Assembly: GCA_002269645.1 (NCBI GenBank)
Contig: NIVC01000194.1
Coordinates: 124,001-188,000 of the forward strand
Length of the DNA stretch: 64,000 bases
Direction of reading: 5' to 3'
From: Macrostomum lignano
Lineage: Eukaryota
Part shown: one piece after another, positions 50,084 through 61,310 of the stretch
How the letters are laid out: each line of letters opens with the position of its first letter
Position numbering within the stretch: position 1 is the stretch's first letter
Program-made: the position numbers and the translations under genes
The notes under the pieces: generated by a model
Told to the model about the DNA's origin: nothing
The model's input: only the letters and a program-made list of their open reading frames with translations
Database searches by the model: none

Positions 50084-50234
50084 TTCTAAAAAAGGTATGC
50101 ATACTAAGGACAGATTAAAGGGATAGGATGTAAAAGTTGGTTGTTCCCTCCCTTTGTGGCTGGCAATCATACATGCGCAACTTCTGAAATTACGCTGGCC
50201 GTGCGACTTAGTTTTCGATAAAAAATGCAACTTA

Positions 50235-50455
50235 CCTATGAAAGAGCCAAGCAAAAACTTTAGGTAAACGGCAGGAGTAACTATGACCATATTTTTAAAG
50301 CTAAATGCCTCGCCAGCTAATTAGTGCTGCGTGCAGATTTCGCGTTTTTATAACAGCTAATCAGTGTCATCTAGTGGCGGCATGAAGCAATTAGTAAATT
50401 GTCAGTACAGTGTAGTGAGCATACTACAAAAGTCATGATTCATGAATGTCCAGAA
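50235..50455. promoter_or_regulatory. Candidate bidirectional promoter and first non-coding exons of NOVA (-) and the RNF13-like gene (+)
   Basis: Two outward-facing perfect GTAAGT donors (minus at 50234, plus at 50456) lie about 220 bp apart between two head-to-head genes, each of whose ATG exons starts with an acceptor. Confidence 0.4.
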
Positions 50456-50635
50456 GTAAGTGAAGTGAATATAGTGTGACCTATAGCTCAAGAACGATTT
50501 GCTAGACGATTTGGCATGGAAGATGAGAGCCCTGATTCAGATGGCTCATCAGATGCAGAATACGAATCCAGTAGAGATACAAGCTGTGAAAACCCACAGA
50601 TTTTTAAACCACTGAATTCTAATTCCCGTAACTAC

Positions 50636-51252
50636 CCTTCTCTATTTCCTCTCCTCTCTCCTCTCTTTCCTCTCCTCTCCTATCTCTTCTGTCTCCTCTC
50701 TACATTCTTATCTCTCCTCTCGTCTCTCCATTCCACTCTACTCTCTCATCTTATCTTCCCTCTCGTCTCTCTCCACTCTACTCTCTCATCTTATCTCTCC
50801 TCCCTTTTCTACTCTCTCATCTCTCCTCTCTTCACTCTCCTCTCATCTCCTCTTTATCCTCTCTTCTCTCATCTACTCTCTCCTCTTTCCTCTTTCCTCT
50901 CTTCTGATCTCATCCATAATCTTTTCTTTCCTCTTTCCTCTAATCTCCTCTTCTCTCTCATCTCTTTTTCCTCCCTCAGCTTTTCTCTCCTCTTCTATCT
51001 TTTCTCCCATCGCATCGCTCGCCTCTCCTCTGTTTGCTTATCTCTAATCTTCTATTCCCTCTACTTTGAAGTAAGAAAATATGCACATATTTTTGCTGAA
51101 GATAAGAGGAGAGAAGAGGGCATTGAGGAGAAAGGGTAGAGAGAAAGGGGGAGAAGAGAGGAGAGTAAAAATGAGAGGAGAGAGAAGAGGGAAAAGGGGG
51201 GAGAGAGAGAAGAGGTGAGGCAAGGTAGAGAAGAAGAGAGAGATGAGAGTTG
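50636..51252. repeat. Polypyrimidine (CT-rich) tract followed by a polypurine (AG-rich) tract
   Basis: 50636-51060 is CT-rich and 51105-51252 is AG-rich. Confidence 0.9.
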
Positions 51253-52591
51253 AAGAGACACCAACCTTGCTGGTTAGGAAGTTTCAAAGAACCCGAGGGG
51301 CGAGGGCCAGATAGAGGGGCTTTGCGAGCCGGAGTTTGCCAACCCCTGCTCCAGAGTTTAAGAAATCAATGAGAAACTGTTGACGCGGGCTTCTGATTTC
51401 AAAGATCTTGTCTGTGGTTGAAGGCTTCTATTCTGTTTTTGCTCTCCTGCCACACTTGCACCTACTACCCCCTGATTGCCTCTGATTGTGACTTACTTCC
51501 CTCTTATTGCGACTTAGTTGCTTCTTTTTGCGACTTACCTAATCCTTTTTGCGACTTACTTAATCCTTTTTGCAACTTACCTAATCCTTTTTGTGACTTA
51601 CTTAATCCTTTTGCGACTTACCTGACTCTTTTTGTGACTTAGTTTGCTTCTTTTGCGAATTGTTTTTTTTTTGCTTCACCATTTTCCCTGAACTGCTCTT
51701 TCTTTCGCTTTCCTCTTGCCTTTCTTGGTTCTTGTGTTTTTCTGTTTTTGGTTGACTCAATTTTGCGACTTACCCCTGGTCAGCCACGATTTACGGTGGC
51801 CGGATCGGCCAGGTCGGCCAGCAGTTGCGCATGTATGCTGGCAATGATAGTATTCCTTTTCAAAATAGGTCCTCACTGTGCCTGCTTTTAGTTTGCTCAG
51901 TATAGCATATCTCTAGTGTATATTATTATTATTGTGCCTTGCTTTTATAGGTAAAATCTACCCTCTCATTTATATTTATAAATTTATCTCTGGCATACAT
52001 GATTTGTAATGCCATATTGTCTAATTTATTTTAAAGCAAACATTGTTTAAAGTTTTTGCTTTTGACCACTGCTATTATGATTCAAACTTGCAATGGCATT
52101 TAAGAACTGAGTTATCCCCTGTTTTTTATTTATTTTTTCCCTAGGTCCCTAAGAAATGATAGCAAATTCCCTAGTGTCTCCAATAAGAAAATTCCCCAGA
52201 TACTAGACATCCTTTAAATGCATATATTTATGTTGGCTTTGCTTTTTTAATTTCTTTTTTTGCTAGAACTTACCATTTTTGTTCAATGTATTGTTTCAAT
52301 ATTGATTTATAACAAATAATGTTTTAATATGAATATTACCAGATCTAATTTAAACTAATCACTGTTTATTTAGCCTATCCCCTAATGAAGGCTATATTAT
52401 ATAGAATAGCAATATATAATCCAATAATAGTAATCCTTTTAGTTTCAAAGTAGGCTTGATCTATAGAGTTGGCCTATAATATTGTCAATATAGCCATGAA
52501 AAACATGCATTTTAAGAAATATATAAAATATAATATGAAAATATTTTGGTATATCTTATATATTTTTCAATATGTTTATTTTTTCAGGTTG

Positions 52592-55500
52592 ATGTCATTT
52601 GCAATCAGGGCTTTAGTGTTACTAGGCTGTATCTGGCCAGCATTTTGTGGAGCCAAGTTGCGAATCTTTGTTGTAAGTATTTTATTGGACCCTTGCCTTT
52701 AGCCATTGAGTGCAAATATGACCAATAGCCATGAATCCTGATTCCATTTTAAATATGCAGGTTGACAGCACTACTAATGATACTGTGGACTCCTGCTATG
52801 CTGAGCCAGCCAACTTTGGCCCTGTTCAACTCCTTGGCAGCTTTCGTGTAAGAGTTTGTTGAATGGCTGGGTTGGTCTGGAGTCATAGGTATTTTTAGTG
52901 TAAATGGATGGTACAGCAAAATCGTTACCAGATCAGAATTTCGGGATTTAGGGTTAAATACTCTGGGGATCATAATCCCCAGGATTTGGGATCAGAGTCC
53001 CCAGGATTCGGGATCAGAATCCCCAGGATTCGGGATCAGAATCCCCAGGATTTGGGATCAGAGTCCCCAGGATTTGGGATCAGAGTCCCCAGGATTCGGG
53101 ATCAGAATCCCCAGGATTCGGGATCAGAATCCCCAGGATTCGGGATCAGAATCCCCAGGATTCGGGATCAGAATCCCCAGGATTCGGGATCAGAATCCCC
53201 AGGATTTGGGATCAGAGTCCCCAGGATTTGGGATCATAATCCCCAGGATTCGGGATCAGAATCCCCAGGATTCGGGATCAGCATTTCACGGCCTGTCTAT
53301 CCAGAAATCCTCAACGTCTATCTCCCCCTATCGCAGGCGCTCCCTCTGAGCGCGGAGCCGATCAACGGGTGCGCCAACATGCAGCGACCGCCTCATAGCC
53401 TCAACGGCACCGCGGTCCGCTGGGCTGCTGTCATCAACCGGGATCTGCCCGGCCGGTCGGCCTGCTACTTCGACACGAAGGTGCTGAACGCCCAGGCTGC
53501 GGGATTCGGCCTGGCGATCATCGTCAACTATGAGGAGGCGCTGAGCGGCATGGATGCCTCAGATCGTGAGCCCCTCGCTGAGAACCAGTTTCGAAAATTG
53601 CCCATGGAATCTCCCCACTACAAAATCGACCTTGAGAATCTCCTCTCCCCTCTACAAAAATCGACCTTGAATAATCTCACTACAAAAATCGACCTTGGGA
53701 ATCTCCCCACTACAAAAATCGACCTTTGGAATCTCCCCACTACAAAAATCGACCTTGGGAATATCCCCACTACAAAAATCGACTCTGGGAATCTCCCCAC
53801 TACAAAAATCGACCTTGGGAATATCCCCACTACAAAAATCGACCTTGGGAATCTCCCCACTACAAAAATCGACCTTGGGATCTCCCCACTATAAAAATCG
53901 ACCTGGCTAATGCACTACTGATCTCCACAACACTGAAATCGTCCTGTGGAATATTCCCACCACTGAGGCCGCTGGCTTGGGTAGAACTTCTCTCGGAATT
54001 CCAGGCTCATATAAAGTCTCAATGAATATTTTACGTATGAAATTTGCCCAGATAATGTCGTTTTTTATAAGGCTCCGACTCCAATTTCACTTTTCACTGC
54101 AAAGCCCATTGCTGTTTCAAATTGCTAAGTGAATTGCGATAAGCGTGCCACTTGCCTCCGTGCGCTTATCTGGAGCTGAGGCAGGGGTTGGCAGAATAAT
54201 TTCCTAACCAATACTCTGTTTTTTTCAAGCGCGGTAGCTAGCCTAAATTCTCGCTGTGGGTTCAATCTTTGACCTCCGGACACAGCTAGAGTGAAAGTGA
54301 AAGTGAAACTGGGCGTCACTTGCAAAACACTGAAGGGCTTTTAAGTTAATCAGGTGATCTGTGCATTTCTGAGGTGGCCTGAAAATTAGGACGGTGTAAA
54401 GTAAGAAAAGCAGGCTGTCAGCCAATCAGAGTGAGGGACACTGAACAGTAGACTTGGGGTGGGTTGGATGTCCAGCCAATCAGAGTGAGGGACACTGAAC
54501 AGTAGACTTGGGGTGGGTTGGATGTCCAGCCAATCAGAGTGAGGGACACTGAACAGTAGACTTGGGGTGGGTTGGATGTCCAGCCAATCAGAGTGAGGGA
54601 CACTGAACAGTAGGCTTGGGGTGGGTTGGATGTCCAGCCAATCAGAGTGAGGGACACTGAACAGTAGACTTGGGGTGAGTTGGATGTCCAGCCAATCAGA
54701 GTGAGGGACAGTAAACTGTACTCTTTGGGTGGATTGGATGTCCAGCCAATCAGAGAGATGGGCAGTTAACAGCAGTACGATGCCTCCCTTTTTACTTAGA
54801 CGGCAACAGAGTGCAAATTCCGGCTGCCATGGTGACTGAATCCTGCGGTTACCTTTTGCGCCAGTACGCCCGACATAAAGAACGATTCTACCTGACCTTT
54901 TGGCTGGCCTTCCCGTTGGACTTTAGGGCCTATGTGATTCCCTTCATCACAATCGTCAGCGTGTGCTTCTTGTTCTTCACCTCGCTATGGGTGAGTAAAT
55001 TGCTTTTAAAAAATAAAAGTATACCAATACTGTTTATTTGGTCAAACAAATGATTATCTTTTAAGGTTCGAGTGGTTTGAGGTCACTGGAAATGTTTGGG
55101 GCTAGAGAATCTGTGGTTGTAGTTCGGGTTAGGGATTCACTGCTTGTATTTCGAATTGGGGATTCCGGTGTACTTCGTGTTGGGGATGCCCTTGTGTAGT
55201 TCGGGTTGGGGATTCCCTGGGTGTATTTCGGGTTGGGGATACCCTTGTGAAGTTCGGGTTGGGATACCTTTGTGTAGTTCGGGTTGGGATACCCTTGTGT
55301 AATTCGGGTTGGGGATTCCCTTGTGTAATTCGGGTTGGGGATTCTCTTGTGTAGTTTGAGTTGGGGATTCCCTTGTGTAGTTCGGATTGGGGATATCCTT
55401 GTGTAGTTCGGGTGTTGGTGATTACCTGGTTGTAGTTCAGGTCTGGGATTCCCTGGATATATTTCGAATTGGGGATTCCCTGGTTTTAGTTCGGGTTGGG

Positions 55501-56909
55501 GATTCCGTGGGTGTAGTTTTTTGTACTTTTCCAGTAAACCTGAATCCAGAAGAATAGGACGAAATCCCAAAGGTTTACGCCACTAAAAGTTTCACCCAAT
55601 GCAATGCGCAGATTGCAAAGTGGTACCGGGACTGGCGGCAGCGCCAGAAAAACCGACTCACCCGGTCCAGCCTGAAGAAGCTGGAGCAGAAGAAGTTCGA
55701 CAAAGCCACGGATCCTTACGAGTGCTGCGCAATCTGTCTGGAGGACTATGAACAGGGCGACAAGCTCAGAATTCTGCCGTGCAACCATGGTTCGTTGTGC
55801 TTGTGATTGCTTTCAGCTTGCTTGGCCGTCTCAAACTTGCTCCACCCATCACTTGGACACTGGCCCATCTCTCGGACACTGACCCATCACTCGGACACTG
55901 ACTCATCACTCAGTCACTGACCCATCACTCAGACACTGACCATCACTCAGACACTGACCATCACTCAGACACTGACCATCACTCAGACACTGACCATCAC
56001 TCAGTCACTGACCATCACTCAGTCACTGACCCATCACTCAGACACTGACTATCACTCAGTCACTGACCATCACTCAGTCACTGACCCATCACTCAGACAC
56101 TGACCATCACTCAGACACTGACCCATCACTCAGACACTGACCCATCACTCAGACACTGACCCATCACTCAGACACTGACCCATCAATCAAACACTGGCCC
56201 ATCACTCGGACACTGACCCATCACTCAGACACTGGCCAATCACTCGGGCACTGACCCATCACTCAGACACTGACCCATCACTCAGTCACTGACCCATCAC
56301 CCAGTCACTGACCCAACCATCGCTCGCACTCTGACCCTCACTAGGACAGTCTGCCCTCAACTCTGATCCCTCGCCCCCGTCTCCGCAGCCTATCACCAGG
56401 CCTGCATCGACCCCTGGCTGTTGAAGAGTCGCAGCGTCTGCCCGGTCTGCAAGAGGCGCGTCTTTCCGCGCCAACCCGGCAGCGACAGCGAATCCTCCGA
56501 GACGGAAGATGCCGCCGGTGGCGGCGGCGGCGGCTCCTCCGCGGCTGTCTCCAGCGACGAGCGAACGCCCCTCCTTGGCGGCAGCGGCTCAGGTGCTGAG
56601 GGCGGCAGCAGCGGCGGCGGAACGTTTGATGCACCAGGTGAGAAAATTAAATTGCTGCATTTCCAGTCTCAGAGAGCTGAGCATGGCGAGCGCGCGATCA
56701 CCGGTCACGTGATTACCTTGTGCTTAAATAAGCCTGTTATACATAGTCACGTGATCGCTGTGCAGTGGTATCACTATTTGTCTCATTATTCCCCAGGTCC
56801 GTCCTCCAGTGGCGCGCAGCAGCAGCAGCAGGTGACAGTGCAGGTGAGCGTCCATCACGAGTCTGCGCCGGCCAGCAGCAGGCAGCGCGGCGGCAACCAC
56901 CTGGTGTGA
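52592..56909 (+). CDS. RNF13: PA-TM-RING E3 ubiquitin ligase, RNF13/RNF167 (Godzilla)-like, 375 aa
   Basis: Exons 52592-52672 (signal peptide), 52761-52847 (EPANFG), 53337-53565 ([22 protein letters not shown]), 54800-54990 ([15 protein letters not shown]), 55612-55789 ([21 protein letters not shown]), 56389-56637 ([11 protein letters not shown]...CPVCK) and 56797-56909. All are GT-AG and sum to 1128 nt. Confidence 0.9.
52968..53280. repeat. 22-bp intronic minisatellite (CCCCAGGATTCGGGATCAGAAT)n
   Basis: Direct. Confidence 0.94.
53608..53905. repeat. 30-bp intronic minisatellite (CCCCACTACAAAAATCGACCTTGGGAATCT)n
   Basis: Direct. Confidence 0.94.
54415..54760. repeat. 54-bp intronic minisatellite, each unit containing CAGCCAATCAGA
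   Basis: Direct; about 6 copies. Confidence 0.93.
55130..55515. repeat. About 26-bp intronic minisatellite (GTAGTTCGGGTTGGGGATTCCCTTGT)n
   Basis: Direct. Confidence 0.9.
55855..56320. repeat. 19/20-bp intronic minisatellite (ACTGACCCATCACTCAGAC)n
   Basis: Direct. Confidence 0.93.
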
Positions 56910-57612
56910 AGCTCGGAAGCGGCCAGACCAGTCCTCGGCTCGATTCTCATTGTTTTTAAAGCTTTAATATTTTTTAGAATGCAAAAACAAAACTGAGCAG
57001 ACTCTGAGGCGCACATCACTGCTACACATGATGTTTATCTGGCAGTCGGTCTGTACAGCGCACTATTTTATACTTTGTTTTGCTTTGGGTCTGTCCCCCA
57101 ATCGCCATTGTTAACCGGCCTATTGTAACCTTTGTCCGCCCCTACCGGACCGATTTTTTAAATTTGGCACCATCAACCCGCTCTCTCGCTCTGCAGTCTC
57201 CACACGTCGCTTATGTTTTTGTTATTCTCGCGCTCTACTATTAGTAGGTAGATGGTTTATTTTTTTCATTTTTCTTATTCGTATCAATTGCTGTTGTATT
57301 TTAGCGTACACTTTTTTACACCGGCCCGTCAAATATTCTACCGAATGCCCGGGCGAGGAGAAAGTTCTCAACAGTCGTTTTGTTTTATTAATCTCTCTCT
57401 GTTATCTGTGCATAGAATTGAATACAAGCCTGTAATTCTCGGATAGTGGAGGTTCAGTTCAGAGCTCAGACGCCATTTTCCTTTTCTATCAACTGCTTTG
57501 GCGAGCAAAACTAAAAAGAGGAGCCCCGCAGACTGCGGCTTGCTGTGTTCGGCTTTGCTTTCTTTGGTGTGGACCGCTGGCTGGAACAGGCCATTCAAAA
57601 TCTACAGCATTC

Positions 57613-58926
57613 ACGAGGGGTGTGCGGAAAGTTTAGACACTTACCAGAGCAAAAACGGAAGCAGCTGCTAGCACAGCAATTCGTTATAATGAATTCAATC
57701 TGCTATAAATGATACTTTGGGCACTCCATTAAAAATATGCTTGTAAAGTCATAGGAAGCTGTTGATGGTCTGACAGCTGGTTTGTCCTTATAGAAGCAAA
57801 TTGTTCTCTGTCTCCGCATATTGCAACGTACTCCTCCCATTGCTTGAGCATCTCCCGTCCCGGCCGACCTGTAACAGCTATGAAGATAAAACTTTCAGAG
57901 CTTTTCAAAGTACTCTCCATCAGCTTGGATGCACCGCCTCATCCGCTCAAACCAACTTGCAAAGCAGTGGCGCCACTCTGAGTGTGATACCCCTTCAACG
58001 GCCGGTCTATAGGCAACAACAGCCTCTTCGGCGGAGGAAAATCGCCACCCTCGCATGGAGTTCTTGATGGATGGAAACAGAAAAAAGTCGGTGCCAGGTC
58101 AGGAGAATACGGCGGATGACAGCTGTTGGAAGCCCACCGTCTGTATGAACTCTTGAGTTCGGTTCGCCGTGTGCGCACTGGCGTTGTCCTGGTGCAGCCA
58201 GAGACCTCGAACGCCGCACTTTGGCCGCGCTTCTTCAAGGCTGCTGATGACACGCGGCAGATGGTGCAGTACCAATCTCCAGTCACTGTGCGCTGGCTCT
58301 CGAGTGCTATACAGTCGCAATGTGGCCGGTCTTTCGGAAGAAAGTTTCCACCATTTGCTTGCCAGTGCTGCGACCCCTGACAACCCTTGGTCGGTGGGGT
58401 TTCATCTTCAAAAGCCCACACACGCGACTGGCATTTGCGCTCGGGTTCGTAGCAATGCACCCACATTTAATCACATGTGAAAATGTCTGTGACAACCTGT
58501 CTAGCATTTCCTGGCACCAGCTCATGCGGACCTGTTTCTGCTCGGCCGTGAGCAAATGCGGCACCCAGCGACTGGTCAGCTTGCGGACAGCGAGGTGATC
58601 GCGAAGGATGGAAGCAACTGTCGGCGATGAGATGCCAAGACATGCCTCAATCGTTTTTTACGTCACTCGCCGATCAGCTTCAATCATGCGCCGCACGCGG
58701 TCGACAGTTTCAGGCGTCGTCACTGAAACAGGTCGGCCGGTCCGACCTTTGTCTTCCAAGCTGTCTCGGCCACGCTTGAACTCGCGGAACCAGCCGGTGA
58801 CGGGGCGATAGATGGCGCAAGGTTGGGAAAGGCGGCAGACAGCCGCTCGTGGCACTGGTGAAACGTCAAGCCGCTCTTGAAATCATAAAAAATCATAGCA
58901 CGAAAGTGTTCACGACTGAGCTCCAT
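57613..58926 (-). mobile_element. Decayed mariner transposon; transposase pseudogene about 58926-57895
   Basis: Fragments across frames read MELSREHFRAMIFYDFKSG, WFREFKRGRDSLED..RTGRP, RWVPHLLT, WVHCYEPE, LHQDNASAH, PPYSPDLAP and ADGEYFEKL*. There is an in-frame stop at 58658 and several frameshifts. One TIR-like end CGAGGGGTGTGCGGAAAGT lies at about 57614; the partner TIR was not found. Confidence 0.92.
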
Positions 58927-59661
58927 TGCAGTGCTGAAAGAGTCACAGACCTTGTTGAGATAAAATGCGACAGTGAGGGAATGGTGACAATTAGACGCAT
59001 GAAACTTTGGGGATTATGGGAACACTTCTTATTCAATATGCTCAGAAAATATGGCCTAATTTAAATAAACGGTTTGGCTCAGAGGCGTCGCCATGGATTT
59101 CATGGTGGGGGGGGACGCCGTGCCCCCCCCCCCGTGGTGACACCCCACCTCCTGGGTATCAGCATTTCACAAACAGTAGGAAAGTTTACAACGTCATGGC
59201 TAAACTGACTAAATGCTACAATAATGCTACTTAATACATATTAGGTAATCTTTGCGGAAGTGACATCAAGTGCATAGACACTATGAGCGGATCTATGGTA
59301 CGAGCTAGGCACAACATTCCATTCACTTCGCTCGTCCATCCCAGGCGCAGATGCCACTGTCGGGAGCTGCATTGCATTGCATATTAACATTTCTGCCGAT
59401 ATCGCCATGCGGGACCAGCAGAGCCGCTGCGAACTGGACGACGGGGTTGCGGAGCAGCGGAAGCGCCGGTACCTGCAGTGCGAGCACCAGTCTCGGCGTC
59501 TGCAGCAGCCTCCGCTGGCGAGGCCTTCGCACAGGTCGCGGCACAGACCGCCAGTCCAGCGGCAGCCACAGCCGCAGGAGAGTCAAGGCCACCAGAGCAA
59601 CCAGCAGAACAGCGGCTCTTCAGCGAGGAGCCAAACGCCCAAGCCGACACCCCTGTGCAAC

Positions 59662-60000
59662 ATGGCCACCACCGTGAGCTACCCGACCGGGGCCAGCAGC
59701 TGCGAGATGATTGGCTGGCACGTGGCCAACATGGACGCCAAGCTGAACGCGCTGTTCGACACGATGAGTGAGATCTACAAGGACACGGCGATGCTGGCCG
59801 GGGAGAGCGAGGCCTCGGCAGCGGCCAGCATGCAGGAGCTGGTGGAGCCGGGCATGTTCACCCTGCTGCAGCGGGAGAGCACCAGCTGGGACCCGTCCGT
59901 GATGAACAAGAAGGTCAGCCAGCTGGTGCTCATCGGCAGCTGGATTTACCACAGGACTCAGAGCGTTGTCAACGGCTGCTGCGAGGCCGGCTTGCCGTGA
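59662..60000 (+). CDS. Orphan ORF, 112 aa from the ATG at 59662 (MATTVSYPTGASSCEMIGWHVANMDAKL...), possibly extending upstream
   Basis: Strong G/C-ending codon bias, like the genuine exons here. The frame is open from 59377 and I recognise no domain. Confidence 0.55.
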   Translation: MATTVSYPTGASSCEMIGWHVANMDAKLNALFDTMSEIYKDTAMLAGESEASAAASMQELVEPGMFTLLQRESTSWDPSVMNKKVSQLVLIGSWIYHRTQSVVNGCCEAGLP

Positions 60001-61310
60001 CAGCGGAACTGCTCGCTGCTGATGCTGCTGTAGTAGTTACTCTCCGGCAAATCATTGACGGCACCGATATCGATACAAAATATCATATTAGGGACTTAAG
60101 CTCTACTAGGAATTTCTGTACCAATACACCGATTTTAACAGACTTTTTTGGGCTGCTTGAAGTGACTTGCACGTACCAAGTCACCTGCGGCTCCGCTAAA
60201 ACACGTTTTCCTTTGACTGATTCAGAAATGCGCACCTGAGCTGCTTGCTCTTTAGCGCTCTTTAGCAGTCGTCGCCAGTTTTAATTTTGGTCCATCTGCT
60301 TCTAAATTGCCAGCAAAGCTTCCATCGCTCACAGACTCCTGATTTTCTCAGGCACGAGAGCCACTGTTGTCAATCATCTTTGTTCTACTGGCAAACCCCG
60401 AGCTTTCTTTCACTGATGAGGCTGTGTGTTTGGAGTAGAATAGTTCAGCAGTCGTTGAGGAAACCAACGGAGACGAACAATTCCCTCATTCTGCATGCTC
60501 AGTCACTGACTCGACATTGAGCTACGAGTATTTTTCTATTTCAATAACAGTACGAGATTGCAGAATTCCAGACCGTCAGACCACCCCCGCAAGTAGCAGC
60601 GGCTCGGCTTGCGGCAATGTTTTTGCCTGACTAATTCGCTGATGAGTGGAGCTTTCTCCCCTGGCATTGTGTTTGACATGCATCGGAAAATAGCCCGTCC
60701 GCTGCACCTGCCCTGCTCCTCCGTCGGCTCACCTGCCCGACGTCACTCGCTTCTCTTCCAAGACAGCCAACAAACACGCGAAGTCCCCCCCCCAGTGCCT
60801 GCAAGTCTTGCCCGCATTTGGCTTAGAGATGGACTGGGGAGAGAGGCGAGGGACCAGCTGCTGCAGTTGCTATGGCAACGCTTGCATTGTTTCTGTGGAA
60901 TGCACTTGGCCGTGGTTGGGACGAGGCCGACAAGAGCCGCTTGCCTGTGTTTGCTCCCAGCCGGAGTGCTGCGGCGGAGAGCGGAGCGAGCAGAAATTTC
61001 TGGACGGAAAAAACTTTTTCCGTCTCCATCGCGGGGAGGCCGCTTGGAGCAGCCCAGAATCCACTGGCGGCTGCAGGGCCGGAGGCTGAGGAGTGAATGC
61101 GGAGTAGCTGGGACAAAAATCGATATTCCGCCCGCCCCGCTAGCGCACTAAAGCAGGGGAGCTGCTTAAAACAATAGGAAAGCCGGCTGCAGCCAGAAAG
61201 CCTCTCTTAGCTCATCAGCCCACTCTGCCTGAGCACTCAAGCACACGACGGAAGCGCTCGACATCCGAGAATCCGATTTCTGCTCGCCTGACTGACCCGG
61301 ACCTGTCGGC

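Noticed and set aside
50362-50380. CTCF-like motif (reverse complement CCGCCACTAGATGACAC)
   Set aside because: It is a single imperfect match, and whether this lineage has CTCF is uncertain.
50516-51139. 207-aa ORF MEDESPDSD...
   Set aside because: Mostly a CT-rich low-complexity tract; the short acidic start has no splice or homology support.
51290-51350. hAT-like end TTTGCCAACCCCTG (also CAGGGGTTGGCAG at about 54182)
   Set aside because: No partner TIR with a matching TSD was found, so it is too fragmentary to call.
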